DNA of 64,000 nucleotides. Source: an uncultured Ardenticatenaceae bacterium. Its GTDB lineage: Bacteria > Chloroflexota > Anaerolineae > Promineifilales > Promineifilaceae. The notes under the pieces were generated by a model that saw only the letters and a program-made list of their open reading frames with translations, did not search any database and was not told the origin of the DNA. The stretch covers positions 791 to 64,790 of the forward strand of contig CAYRBP010000010.1 of assembly GCA_964422535.1 (NCBI GenBank), in the 5' to 3' direction. Below are positions 1 to 10,368 of this stretch, in pieces. A program made the translations under genes and the position numbers. The first letter of the stretch is position 1; each line of letters opens with the position of its first letter.

Positions 1-242
1 AGGGAGCGTGTGGCGGCCACGGCCGCTTCGCGGTCCTCACCGGCCACAAAGCGCATGGCGACGCGACGCCCGACCGGCAGGTCGGTGACGAGGGTGCGCG
101 CCCACGGGGCACGTGAAAGATAGAGAAGCAGATGCCGTGCCCAGGTCTCGCCGTGACGGTAGACCAGATAGAGAAGTGCGGCAAAGACAACAAACTTGAT
201 GAAGAACCAGCGACGGCGGGTAGGGTGGGCGTTGTCGTCCAT
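1..242 (-). CDS. proline dehydrogenase-like protein, N-terminal fragment (continues beyond window start)
   Basis: Manual minus-strand translation from ATG at 242 gives MDDNAHPTRRRWFFIKFVVFAALLYLVYRHGETWARHLLLYLSRAPWARTLVTDLPVGRRVAMRFVAGEDREAAVAATRSL. It has a hydrophobic N-terminus followed by an RFVAGE..eA pattern typical of monofunctional ProDH N-termini. It is absent from the ORF track because no stop lies inside the window. Confidence 0.45.
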   Translation of the reverse strand, partial: MDDNAHPTRRRWFFIKFVVFAALLYLVYRHGETWARHLLLYLSRAPWARTLVTDLPVGRRVAMRFVAGEDREAAVAATRS

Positions 243-406
243 TGGATATCTCGCAAGATTGAAGGCTGAGCGTTGGTCGCATTGTAGCGGCGTTTTGCAC
301 GCCGGTCACCCATAAGCAGCCGCGAATTGCCCCACGGCGCGCATCTCATCTTTGGCCGGGGGGTTATGATCACGGACTGCAACCAGACAGGACGAGGGAA
401 AACGGA

Positions 407-1222
407 ATGGCATTGCTGGCAGGAAAGAAGGCGCTGGTATTCGGCGTCGCGAACAAGAATTCAATCGCCTGGGCGATCGCTGAGGCTCTGGCGGCCGAGG
501 GGGCGGAGGTTGGGCTGAGCTATGGCATCCCCCAGCTCGAGAAGCGGGTGATGCCGCTGGTCGAAAAGATCGGAGCGACCTTTGTGGAACGGTGCGATGT
601 GACGGTCGATGAAGAGATCGCCGCCGTGTTCGCCAAGGCGGGTGAGCGGTATGGGACGATCGACATCCTGGTCCATTCGATCGCCTATGCCCCGTCCAGC
701 GCCCTGGAGGGTCAGTATGCCGACACGACGCGCGAGGAGTTTCGCATAGCGATGGACGTGAGCGTCTACAGCCTCGTTGCCCTTGCCCGCCATGCGCTGC
801 CGCTGATGCCGAACGGCGGCAGCATCATGTCGATGACCTACTACGGTGCGGTGAAGGTTGTCCCGCACTACAACGTGATGGGCGTCGCTAAGGCCGCCCT
901 GGAGGCGAGCACCCGCTATCTGGCCGCCGATCTGGGGCCGCGGGGGATCCGGGTGAATGCCATTTCGGCCGGGCCGATCAAGACCCTATCTGCGTCCGGC
1001 GTCAGCGGTTTCCGCAAGATGCTTGCCTATACCAGCGAGCGTGCGCCGTTGCGGCGCAACGTTGACCAGGAGGAGGTGGCCAAGACGGCGCTTTGGCTGG
1101 CCAGCGACCTCAGCAGCGGCGTGACCGGCGAGATCGTCTACGTTGACGCGGGCTACCACATCCTCGGCATGCCCGAGCCGCCTGAGAAGTGGGCATCGGT
1201 GGCGAACGCAGCCGAGGAATAG
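407..1222 (+). CDS. fabI: enoyl-[acyl-carrier-protein] reductase (NADH), FabI
   Basis: 271-aa ORF. It has the N-terminal [20 protein letters not shown] dinucleotide site and a [10 protein letters not shown] catalytic region typical of FabI. Confidence 0.9.
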   Translation: MALLAGKKALVFGVANKNSIAWAIAEALAAEGAEVGLSYGIPQLEKRVMPLVEKIGATFVERCDVTVDEEIAAVFAKAGERYGTIDILVHSIAYAPSSALEGQYADTTREEFRIAMDVSVYSLVALARHALPLMPNGGSIMSMTYYGAVKVVPHYNVMGVAKAALEASTRYLAADLGPRGIRVNAISAGPIKTLSASGVSGFRKMLAYTSERAPLRRNVDQEEVAKTALWLASDLSSGVTGEIVYVDAGYHILGMPEPPEKWASVANAAEE

Positions 1223-1274
1223 CGACAGCCTGCGCCAGCTTAATCCTCGACGTAAGAAAGGCGGCCTACACTTC

Positions 1275-1303
1275 TTGACAACAGGAGCGCACGACTCTAT
1301 AGT
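1275..1303 (+). promoter_or_regulatory. sigma70-like promoter for the metK leader (TTGACA - 17 nt - TATAGT)
   Basis: TTGACA lies at 1275-1280 and TATAGT at 1298-1303, with a 17-nt spacer. The pair sits about 35 nt upstream of the riboswitch P1 stem. Confidence 0.6.
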
Positions 1304-1336
1304 TTGCAGTTAGCGATCTGAACAGATGAATAATCG

Positions 1337-1438
1337 CTCTTATCGGGAGCAGTCGAGGGAACGGCCCGTTGAAGCTGCAGCAACCCCCGGAAACGTGGGA
1401 AGGTGCTAATTCCGACAGCGAAAGCTGACAGATAAGAG
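1337..1438 (+). promoter_or_regulatory. SAM-I (S-box) riboswitch
   Basis: The P1 stem is CTCTTATC...GATAAGAG. The conserved core elements GAGGGAACGGCCCGTTGAAGC, GCAACC and GGTGCTAATTCC are present in canonical order. It lies directly upstream of metK. Confidence 0.9.
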
Positions 1439-1460
1439 GCAAGCAAAAAACGTATTTCGC

Positions 1461-1494
1461 GCGCCTCTTGACCTGCTCAAGAGGCGCTTTTTGT
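1461..1494 (+). terminator. riboswitch expression-platform intrinsic terminator
   Basis: An 11-bp stem GCGCCTCTTGA/TCAAGAGGCGC with a 5-nt loop is followed by TTTTTGT. The 3' strand of P1 (AAGAGGC) can alternatively pair with the terminator 5' strand (GCCTCTT), which is the classic SAM OFF-switch arrangement. Confidence 0.8.
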
Positions 1495-1540
1495 ATCAAA
1501 CGACGTCCCACACCATCCGAAGCCACGTGGAGGAAAGTAA

Positions 1541-2818
1541 ATGACAACCAGCTTCATGTCTGCGCCGAGTATGCTCTTCACATCCGAGTCTGTTACGGAA
1601 GGGCACCCGGACAAAATGTGCGATCAGATCAGCGACGCTGTGCTCGACGCCCTGATCACCGAGGATCCGATGGCCCGTGTTGCCTGCGAGACGGCCATCA
1701 AGACCGGCTATGTGATGCTACTCGGCGAGATCACGACGACGGCCTTTGTCGACTTCGACAAGCTCGTCCGGAAGGTCGTCAACGAGATCGGCTTTGACGA
1801 CAGCAGCAAGGGCTTTGACGGCAACACCTGCGGCGTCCTGTCGGCCATCGGGGCGCAGAGCCCCGACATCGCTCAGGGCGTCGACCATGCCCTGGAGGCC
1901 CGCCAGAACGGCGACAGTGACGCAGCGATCGACTCCGTTGGTGCAGGGGACCAGGGCATGATGTTCGGCTATGCCTGCGACGAGACAGACGTGCTCATGC
2001 CGTTGCCGATCAACCTGGCCCATCGCCTGACGCGGCAGCTCGCCCGCGTTCGTCGCGACGGAACGCTCCCCTGGGTCCGGCCGGACGGCAAGGCGCAGGT
2101 GACGATCGAGTACAGCTACGGCCAGCCGAAGCGCGTTCACACGGTGCTCGTCAGCACGCAGCATGGCCCCGAGGTCAGCGACGCCGACATCAAGAACGGC
2201 ATCATCGAGCATGTGATCAAGCCGGTTGTACCGGCTGACCTGGTTGACTACCACAACGTCGTCGTGAACCCGAAGCGCCGGGACGAAGGCGGGCCGGATG
2301 CGCTGTCGATCTACGTCAACCCCACCGGTCGTTTCGAGATCGGCGGCCCCATGGGGGATGCAGGGGTGACGGGGCGAAAGATCATCGTCGACACCTACGG
2401 CGGCATGGGACGCCACGGCGGCGGCGCTTTCAGCGGCAAGGACTGCACCAAGGTTGACCGCAGTGCAGCTTACGCTGCGCGGTGGGTGGCCAAGAACCTG
2501 GTCGCGGCCGGCCTGGCCAAGCGGGTCGAGGTCCAGGTCGCTTATGCCATCGGCGTCGCCCATCCCCTGAGCATCAACGTTGAAACGTTCGGAACGAGCC
2601 CGTACTCAAGCGAGCAACTGGTGGAGCTGGTCAACCAGTTCTTCGATCTGCGTCCGGGCGCGATCATTCGCGACCTGCGGCTGCGCCGTCCGATCTATCG
2701 ACCGACCGCCGCTTACGGCCATTTCGGCCGCGACGACATCGAAGCGCCCTGGGAAGGCACCGACCGCGCGGCGTCGATCCGGGAGGCCGCTGCCGCCTTC
2801 CGGCCGGCGTTTGCCTGA
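1541..2818 (+). CDS. metK: S-adenosylmethionine synthetase
   Basis: 425-aa ORF with a GGAGGA RBS. It carries the MetK signatures [34 protein letters not shown] and [10 protein letters not shown]. Confidence 0.95.
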   Translation: MTTSFMSAPSMLFTSESVTEGHPDKMCDQISDAVLDALITEDPMARVACETAIKTGYVMLLGEITTTAFVDFDKLVRKVVNEIGFDDSSKGFDGNTCGVLSAIGAQSPDIAQGVDHALEARQNGDSDAAIDSVGAGDQGMMFGYACDETDVLMPLPINLAHRLTRQLARVRRDGTLPWVRPDGKAQVTIEYSYGQPKRVHTVLVSTQHGPEVSDADIKNGIIEHVIKPVVPADLVDYHNVVVNPKRRDEGGPDALSIYVNPTGRFEIGGPMGDAGVTGRKIIVDTYGGMGRHGGGAFSGKDCTKVDRSAAYAARWVAKNLVAAGLAKRVEVQVAYAIGVAHPLSINVETFGTSPYSSEQLVELVNQFFDLRPGAIIRDLRLRRPIYRPTAAYGHFGRDDIEAPWEGTDRAASIREAAAAFRPAFA

Positions 2819-2846
2819 GTTACCTTTCTGTGCGACAATCCTGCCT

Positions 2847-2875
2847 TGCGTCGCTACCCACCGGGTAGCGACGCA
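2847..2875 (+). terminator. long GC-rich hairpin downstream of metK (possible terminator, weak T-tract)
   Basis: A 13-bp stem TGCGTCGCTACCC/GGGTAGCGACGCA is nested inside a second pairing, GCGACAAT(2832-2839)/ATTGTCGC(2875-2882). It is followed only by TTGT. Confidence 0.45.
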
Positions 2876-2887
2876 TTGTCGCGCCTC

Positions 2888-2916
2888 TTGACCAAGAAAG
2901 GCCGCTGCGTTAGAAT
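2888..2916 (+). promoter_or_regulatory. sigma70-like promoter upstream of ffh (TTGACC - 17 nt - TAGAAT)
   Basis: TTGACC lies at 2888-2893 and TAGAAT at 2911-2916, about 50 nt upstream of the ffh GTG start. Confidence 0.55.
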
Positions 2917-2966
2917 CCTAAATCTTGCAGGTTTGATGCTACTCGATCAGCACACAAGGTGCCCAG

Positions 2967-4331
<1,365 letters not shown>

Positions 4332-4341
4332 AGACTGAGCT

Positions 4342-4773
4342 ATGCTGCGTATACGTCTTAGCAGAACCGGAAAGAAACGCCAGGCGAGCTATCGCATTGT
4401 GGTAGCCGAAAAGGATGCCAAACGCGACGGCCGAATCGTCGAACGCATTGGTCATTACAATCCTCTGGACGACAAGAACCCTTACAGCATCCAGGAAGAC
4501 CGCGCGTTGTACTGGCTGAAATCCGGCGCCCAGCCGTCCGATGCGGTGCGCGTGTTGCTGAACAAGCAGGGCACCCTCGCTCGCCTCGAGCGGTTGCATG
4601 CCGGTGAATCGCTGGAGTCCCTGGTGGCCGAGTATGAAGGCGTCACCCTTCCTGCCGCGGTGCCCGCAACTGCAGCCGTTGCTGCGGCCCCGGCCGCCGA
4701 GACCGAAGTGCCCCTGACGGCCGCCGTGGCTGAGGTCATCACCGCGATCGAGGAAGTCGAGGAAGAAGAGTAG
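4342..4773 (+). CDS. rpsP: 30S ribosomal protein S16 with Ala/Glu-rich C-terminal extension
   Basis: The N-terminus MLRIRLSRTGKKRQASYRIVVAEKDAKRDGR is canonical S16. The last ~55 aa are a low-complexity A/E/V tail. Confidence 0.93.
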   Translation: MLRIRLSRTGKKRQASYRIVVAEKDAKRDGRIVERIGHYNPLDDKNPYSIQEDRALYWLKSGAQPSDAVRVLLNKQGTLARLERLHAGESLESLVAEYEGVTLPAAVPATAAVAAAPAAETEVPLTAAVAEVITAIEEVEEEE

Positions 4774-4781
4774 AAACCGCG

Positions 4782-5027
4782 ATGAAGGATCTCGTTGCCT
4801 TTATTGTGGAGTCGCTCGTCGACCACCCGGAAGAGGTCCAGGTTGCCGAAGTGCGCGACCGCGCCTCAACGGTGGTCGAGCTGGCGGTCGCGGCCCCGGA
4901 CATGGGGCGGGTCATTGGCAAGGGTGGGCGAGTGATCGACTCGATCCGCACACTCGTGCAGGTGCGCGCCGCGAAAGAGGGCATCCGCGTCGATCTGGAG
5001 CTGCTAGAGGCGGACGAGCTCCGCTAG
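4782..5027 (+). CDS. KH-domain RNA-binding protein (YlqC/UPF0109 family)
   Basis: 81 aa with the GXXG KH motif VIGKGGRVIDSIR. It occupies the conserved position between rpsP and rimM. Confidence 0.85.
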   Translation: MKDLVAFIVESLVDHPEEVQVAEVRDRASTVVELAVAAPDMGRVIGKGGRVIDSIRTLVQVRAAKEGIRVDLELLEADELR

Positions 5028-5101
5028 GCAAGGTCTGAGCGGCAAGACCTGTGGGCTTGCCGCCTTCCCGCCATATGAATAATCGGGCAAACGGAGGCTC
5101 T

Positions 5102-5641
5102 GTGGATCAATCTGCTGAGCCTCGATTCTTAATGATCGGCGAGGTTCTGCGACCCCATGGCGTGCGCGGTGAAGTCCGCGTCGAACCGTTCACTGATTTG
5201 CCTGAACGGTTTGAGTGGCTTGAGCGCATCTACGTTGGCGAGCCGCCGCGGCCGGTTGACCTTGAGAGCGTCCGCTTTCACCAGGGCACGGTGTTGCTCA
5301 AGTTCAGTGGCGATGACGATCGCAACGCGGCCGAGGCCCGGCGCGGGCAGAAGCTCTATGTCCCGGAGGATGAGGCGATCCCGTTGGAAGAGGGTGAGTA
5401 TTTCATCCACGACCTGATCGGGCTGGATGCCTATGACGAAGCGGGAACCGCGCTCGGACAGCTGGTCGAAGTCCTTGAGACCGGCGCGAACAACGTCTTC
5501 GTCATCGAGGGGACGGCCGGCGAGTTGTTGTTGCCGGACATACCGGACGTCATCCGCGAGATCGACTTCGACAGCGGCCGCTTGATTGTCGCACTGCTGC
5601 CGGGTCTGGGTGATTCGCGGGCTGAAGCGGCCGGTGAATGA
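5102..5641 (+). CDS. rimM: 16S rRNA processing protein RimM
   Basis: It has the RimM N-domain pattern IGEVLRPHGVRGEVRV and a PRC-barrel C-terminus. The start is ambiguous among GTG 5051, ATG 5072 and GTG 5102. I chose 5102 because GGAGG lies 4 nt upstream. Confidence 0.8.
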   Translation: MDQSAEPRFLMIGEVLRPHGVRGEVRVEPFTDLPERFEWLERIYVGEPPRPVDLESVRFHQGTVLLKFSGDDDRNAAEARRGQKLYVPEDEAIPLEEGEYFIHDLIGLDAYDEAGTALGQLVEVLETGANNVFVIEGTAGELLLPDIPDVIREIDFDSGRLIVALLPGLGDSRAEAAGE

Positions 5642-5692
5642 TCCGGCCGGCCTGTAGCTCTCTTCGGAGCCAATCATTGTTGTTTGCGAACC

Positions 5693-6826
5693 ATGTCAGA
5701 CCTGAACTACTGGCTGGGCTTCAACCGCGTGACCGGCATCGGGCCGGCCAAGATCCAGGCGCTGCTGGCGGCTTACGGCTCGCTGGAGCGCGCCTGGACC
5801 GCCGGCGAAGCAGAGCTGCGGGACCTGGGCTTTGACAGCCGGACACTGCAGAACCTGCGTGAGGCCCGCGAGACCCTGGACCTCGATGCCTACCGGGCGA
5901 CGCTCGACCGGGCCGGGGTGCATGTCCTGACATGGAACTCCGCTGATTACCCGGCCAACCTGCGGGAGATTCCCGCGCCACCTCCGGTCATCTATTTCAA
6001 GGGCGACTGGTCGCCGAGCGATAAGTGGGCGGTTGCGGTTGTTGGCACGCGCCGCCTGACGGCGTATGGCCGGCAGGTCGCGCATGAACTCGTGACCGGG
6101 CTGTCGCGCAGCGGCATCACCATCGTCAGCGGACTGGCGCGCGGCATTGACGCCGTTGCCCATCAGACGGCCATCGAGCACGGCGGCCGGACGATCGGCG
6201 TGATGGGTTCGGGCCTGGATCATGTTTACCCGCCCGAGCATCGCGGCCTGTATCATGAGATTGTCAGCGGCCACGGCGCTATCGTCACCGAATTCGCGCT
6301 GGGCACCGAGCCGGAGGCCAAGAATTTTCCGGTCAGAAATCGTCTGATCAGCGGTCTCTCGCTGGGGGTGCTGGTCATTGAGGCGAATGAGAGGAGCGGC
6401 GCGCTCATCACGGCGCGTTTTGCGCTGGAACAGGACCGCGACGTGTTTGCCGTGCCCGGGCCTATCCACAGCCCGGTCAGCAAAGGCACGAACCGTCTCA
6501 TTCAACAGGGAGCCAAACTGGTCATGAGCGTCGAGGATATCCTGGAAGAGCTCAATCTGCAGATGGTGGAGGAGCACGTGGCCGTTGCCGCCGCTGTCCC
6601 GGAGACGCCCGAGGAAGCGGCGCTGTTGTCACGCCTGTCGTCCCAGCCGGTTCATGTCGACGAGCTCTGCCGCGAGACGGGGATGCCGACGGCCCAGGTC
6701 AGCAGCACGCTGACCCTGATGGAACTGAAGGGGATGGTGCAGCAGGTTGGCGGCATGAACTATGTGCGCCTGCGCGAAGGCGGCGCAACCTATCGTCTGA
6801 GCGGAGAAAGGAGCGATGTCCTGTGA
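5693..6826 (+). CDS. dprA: DNA-processing protein DprA (Smf)
   Basis: It has the DprA Rossmann core VVGTRRLTAYG...SGLARGIDAVAHQ...NFPVRNRLISGLS and a C-terminal winged-helix. The ATG at 5693 lies within the ORF that opens at 5684. Confidence 0.9.
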   Translation: MSDLNYWLGFNRVTGIGPAKIQALLAAYGSLERAWTAGEAELRDLGFDSRTLQNLREARETLDLDAYRATLDRAGVHVLTWNSADYPANLREIPAPPPVIYFKGDWSPSDKWAVAVVGTRRLTAYGRQVAHELVTGLSRSGITIVSGLARGIDAVAHQTAIEHGGRTIGVMGSGLDHVYPPEHRGLYHEIVSGHGAIVTEFALGTEPEAKNFPVRNRLISGLSLGVLVIEANERSGALITARFALEQDRDVFAVPGPIHSPVSKGTNRLIQQGAKLVMSVEDILEELNLQMVEEHVAVAAAVPETPEEAALLSRLSSQPVHVDELCRETGMPTAQVSSTLTLMELKGMVQQVGGMNYVRLREGGATYRLSGERSDVL

Positions 6827-7908
6827 GGATCGTGATCTTCGCCGGTGGCAGCGGCCGTCGCCTGTGGCCGATCAGCAGGCAACGCTCGCCGAAGCAGTTC
6901 GAGCAGATAGTTGGCGACCGGTCGACGCTCCAGCTCGCGGTTGACCGGGTCTTGCCCCTGTATGGCGGTGAGAACATCTTTGTCTCGACAAACCAGCGCT
7001 ATGCGGACCTGATCCGCGCGCAGCTCCCGACCATCCCAGCCGGCAACATCATCGGCGAGCCGTCGAGGCGAGACCTGGGGCCTGCCGTCGGATTGGCACT
7101 GGCGCATCTGGCCCGGACAGACCCCGATTCACCCGTCGCCATCCTGTGGAGCGACAATATCATCACCAACGTCCCGCAGTTCCTGAATCTGCTGGCGGTG
7201 GCGGAACGGCTGATCCGCGCGCGCGCGGCCGAACTGCTGTTCATCGGCGAAACCCCGCGGTTTGCCAATGAGAACCTCGGCTGGATCCGGCTGGACGGCA
7301 AAGTCGATGTCCCTGACGGCGTGCCGTGCTTTCGGTTCGGATCGTTGCGTTACCGGCCGGAGCACGACGAGTGCCGCCGCATGTTCGAGTCGGGGGAATA
7401 CGTCTGGAACACCGGCTTCTTCGTGACCACGCCGTCTTTCGTGCGAGGGTTGTATGAGAAGCATGCTCCGGCGTTGTGGGCCGGGCTGTGCGAGATCGAG
7501 CGTGCGATCGGCCTGGATGCCTACGAGGAGACGCTTGGCCGGGTCTATCCTCAGCTGCCGCGCGTCAGTTTTGACGATGCGGTGTTGACCCACCTTGAAC
7601 CCGATCGCGCGCTGGTGCTCCATGCCGAACTCGGTTGGAGCGACCCCGGCACGCTGTATGCGTTGAAGGAAACGCTGAACCCGGCTTTAGACGCCAATGT
7701 GACGAAGGGACTGGTCATTGACACGGCCACGTCCGATTCGCTAATCTACAACTACGAAAGCGACAAACTGCTAGTCGCGGTCGGTCTGGAGGGGATGATC
7801 GTCGTCAACACGAAAGACGCGATCCTCGTCGTCCACAAGGACAATGTTCCCCTGGTGAAGAAAATCGTAGATGGACTGGAGGGCACGGAACTCGAGCCTT
7901 TCAGTTAA
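6823..7908 (+). CDS. mannose-1-phosphate guanylyltransferase-like sugar nucleotidyltransferase
   Basis: It has the NTP-transferase motif IFAGGSGRRLWPISR..SPKQF. The GTG start overlaps the dprA stop (GTGA). No cupin/PMI domain is present. Confidence 0.8.
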   Translation: MRIVIFAGGSGRRLWPISRQRSPKQFEQIVGDRSTLQLAVDRVLPLYGGENIFVSTNQRYADLIRAQLPTIPAGNIIGEPSRRDLGPAVGLALAHLARTDPDSPVAILWSDNIITNVPQFLNLLAVAERLIRARAAELLFIGETPRFANENLGWIRLDGKVDVPDGVPCFRFGSLRYRPEHDECRRMFESGEYVWNTGFFVTTPSFVRGLYEKHAPALWAGLCEIERAIGLDAYEETLGRVYPQLPRVSFDDAVLTHLEPDRALVLHAELGWSDPGTLYALKETLNPALDANVTKGLVIDTATSDSLIYNYESDKLLVAVGLEGMIVVNTKDAILVVHKDNVPLVKKIVDGLEGTELEPFS

Positions 7909-7926
7909 GAACGTGAGCCAATCGAC

Positions 7927-10341
7927 ATGAGTGAAGTGACGATGCAGGGGTACTGCTTCAAGTGCAAGGAGAAGCGCCCCATTGACAGCCCGGCGGCCGA
8001 ATGGGCCGCCAACGGTACCCCAGGGACCCGGGGCAAGTGCCCCGTCTGTGGTGGTACGATCTACAAGGCCGGCTATACACCGGCGCATGAAGGACTGCCC
8101 AAGCCAGAGGTGACGGCCAAGCCGAAGCGCCGGAAGAAGGGCGACGAGAGTGGCGGCCCGCGAAAGGGCAAGCTGGTCGTGGTCGAATCGCCGGCCAAGG
8201 CGAAGACGATCGGCCGCTATCTTGGCAAGGACTACGTTGTCAAGCCCAGCCTCGGCCATGTGCGCGATCTGCTCAAGTCCCGCCTGAGCGTGGACGTCGA
8301 GCAGAATTACGAGCCGGAGTATCGCGTCCCGAAGGAGAAGCGGGCCATCGTCAAGGAGTTGAAGCAGGCCGCGGCAAAGGCGGACCAGATCTTCCTGGCC
8401 ACGGACCCGGACCGCGAAGGTGAAGCCATCGCCTGGCACGTGCTGGAAGCGGCCGAGATGGACCCGGCCCGTACGCAGCGCGTCGTCTTCCAGGAGATCA
8501 CCAAGCCGGCTATCCTGGCGGCATTTGAGAACCCGCGTGACATCGACATGCAGCGCGTCGAGGCGCAGCAGGCCCGGCGCGTCCTGGACCGCCTTGTGGG
8601 CTACAACCTGAGCCCGCTCCTGTGGCGAAAAGTGCGCGGCCGCCTGTCGGCCGGGCGCGTGCAGTCCGTGGCGCTGCGCCTCGTCGTCGAGCGCGAGCGC
8701 GAGATCGAAGCGTTTCAGAGCGTTGAGTACTGGAGCATCGACGCCGAGTTGAGCCAGGTCATCCACCGGGACGGCGGCAAAAAGAACGGCGTGGAGCGGC
8801 CGTTTTTCGTCGCCCACCTGCACAAGATCAACGGCGGCGAGCCCGAACTCGGCAGCGAAGAGCAGGTGCGGCCGCATGTCGAGGCCCTCGAGCGGGCGGA
8901 CTACCAGGTCGGAGAGGTGAAGCTGGGCGAGCGCCTGCGGCGGCCGGCCGCGCCGTTCACGACGAGCACGCTCCAGCAGGACGCCTCGCGCCGGCTGGGG
9001 ATGGGCACGAGCAAGACGATGCGCGTGGCCCAGGACCTGTATGAGGGCATTGACATCGGCAACGGCGAGGGCAACATCGGCCTGATCACCTACATGCGCA
9101 CCGACAGCGTCACCGTCTCGACGCTGGCGCAGGAGCAGGCGCGCGACTTCATCCTGGGGCGTTACGGGGCCGACTATCTGCCGGAGAAGCCGCCGGTCTA
9201 CAAGACGAAGTCGAAGACGGCCCAGGAGGCCCACGAAGCCATCCGGCCGACGGACGTCAACCGGACGCCGGCCGTCATGAAGCAGTACCTCAATCGCGAC
9301 CAGTACCGCGTCTACCGGCTGGTGTGGGAACGCTTTGTCGCCAGCCAGATGATGCCGGCCGTCTACGACACGGTCGCGGCCGAGATCTGGGCGGGGGATT
9401 CGGCGCTGGCCGTGAAAGACCGGCCATATCTGTTTCGGGCCAGCGGTTCGACATTGCGTTTCCCCGGCTTCCTGGCCGCCTACGAAGGCGACGACGCACC
9501 TGAAGAAGAGAACGGCGATGCCAATGGTCTGACGGCCGTCCCGTCCAGCCTCCGGAAGGGAGAGGCGCTTGATCTGCTGCGCCTGCTGCCGGAACAGCAC
9601 TTCACCCAGCCGCCGCCGCGGTACTCCGAGGCGACGCTGGTCAAAGCGCTGGAGGAGAACGGCGTCGGCCGACCCAGCACCTACGCCATGATCATCTCGA
9701 CGATCCAGGCCCGCGGATATGTCGAGATCGACCAGAGGCGCTTGCGGCCGACGGAGATCGGCATGATCGTCAGCGACATGCTGGTCGAGTACTTCCCGGA
9801 TGTGCTATCGGTCGACTTCACCGCTCGGATGGAAGACGAACTGGATGAGATCGCGGAGGGCAAGCCCTGGGTGCCGGTCATTGACGACTTCTACAGGCAC
9901 TTCTCGGTCGAGTTGGGGGTTGCCGATGAAGCGATCCCGAAGCTGGACCTGAAGCGCGAGCCGGAGCTCGTTGGCCGCGACTGCCCGCTCAGCGGGCACC
10001 CGCTGGTGTTCCGCGATGGCCGGTTCGGGCGTTTCATCGGATGCAGCGACTTCCCGCGTTGCCGCTACACGGAGCAGGTGCTCAAGAAGGTCGATGTTAT
10101 ATGCCCGAACTGCGGCGGAGACCTGATTGAGAAGCGCACGCGCAAGGGACGCGTCTTCTACGGCTGTTCCAACTATCCGGAATGCGATTGGACGAATTGG
10201 AAACGGCCGGTTGCCCTGCCCTGTCCGGTCTGCAGCGGGGTCATGGTGCAGGAAAACAAGAGCACGCTGAAGTGCACGAAGTGCGAGCACACCGAATCGG
10301 CCGAGCTGCTGGAAGTGGAAGTCGAGGCGGTGATAGAGTAG
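7927..10341 (+). CDS. topA: DNA topoisomerase I
   Basis: 804 aa. It has the Toprim motifs VVVESPAKAKTIGRYLG and DPDREGEAIAWH, and the active-site Tyr region GLITYMRTDS. There are three C-terminal CxxC...CxxC zinc ribbons plus an additional N-terminal 4-Cys ribbon. Confidence 0.95.
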   Translation: MSEVTMQGYCFKCKEKRPIDSPAAEWAANGTPGTRGKCPVCGGTIYKAGYTPAHEGLPKPEVTAKPKRRKKGDESGGPRKGKLVVVESPAKAKTIGRYLGKDYVVKPSLGHVRDLLKSRLSVDVEQNYEPEYRVPKEKRAIVKELKQAAAKADQIFLATDPDREGEAIAWHVLEAAEMDPARTQRVVFQEITKPAILAAFENPRDIDMQRVEAQQARRVLDRLVGYNLSPLLWRKVRGRLSAGRVQSVALRLVVEREREIEAFQSVEYWSIDAELSQVIHRDGGKKNGVERPFFVAHLHKINGGEPELGSEEQVRPHVEALERADYQVGEVKLGERLRRPAAPFTTSTLQQDASRRLGMGTSKTMRVAQDLYEGIDIGNGEGNIGLITYMRTDSVTVSTLAQEQARDFILGRYGADYLPEKPPVYKTKSKTAQEAHEAIRPTDVNRTPAVMKQYLNRDQYRVYRLVWERFVASQMMPAVYDTVAAEIWAGDSALAVKDRPYLFRASGSTLRFPGFLAAYEGDDAPEEENGDANGLTAVPSSLRKGEALDLLRLLPEQHFTQPPPRYSEATLVKALEENGVGRPSTYAMIISTIQARGYVEIDQRRLRPTEIGMIVSDMLVEYFPDVLSVDFTARMEDELDEIAEGKPWVPVIDDFYRHFSVELGVADEAIPKLDLKREPELVGRDCPLSGHPLVFRDGRFGRFIGCSDFPRCRYTEQVLKKVDVICPNCGGDLIEKRTRKGRVFYGCSNYPECDWTNWKRPVALPCPVCSGVMVQENKSTLKCTKCEHTESAELLEVEVEAVIE

Positions 10342-10368
10342 CCCGCGCTTCGTGTAGCGAACAGCCTG

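Noticed and set aside
37-309. 90-aa minus-strand ORF at the window start
   Set aside because: A different minus-strand frame (ATG at 242) gives a sensible membrane-anchored ProDH-like N-terminus. The 90-aa product is Arg/Pro/Ser-rich junk.
7771-9600. 609-aa minus-strand ORF antisense to topA
   Set aside because: It is Arg/Ala/Gly/Leu/Pro-rich with no motifs, which is typical of open antisense frames in high-GC DNA. The plus strand encodes an unmistakable topoisomerase I.
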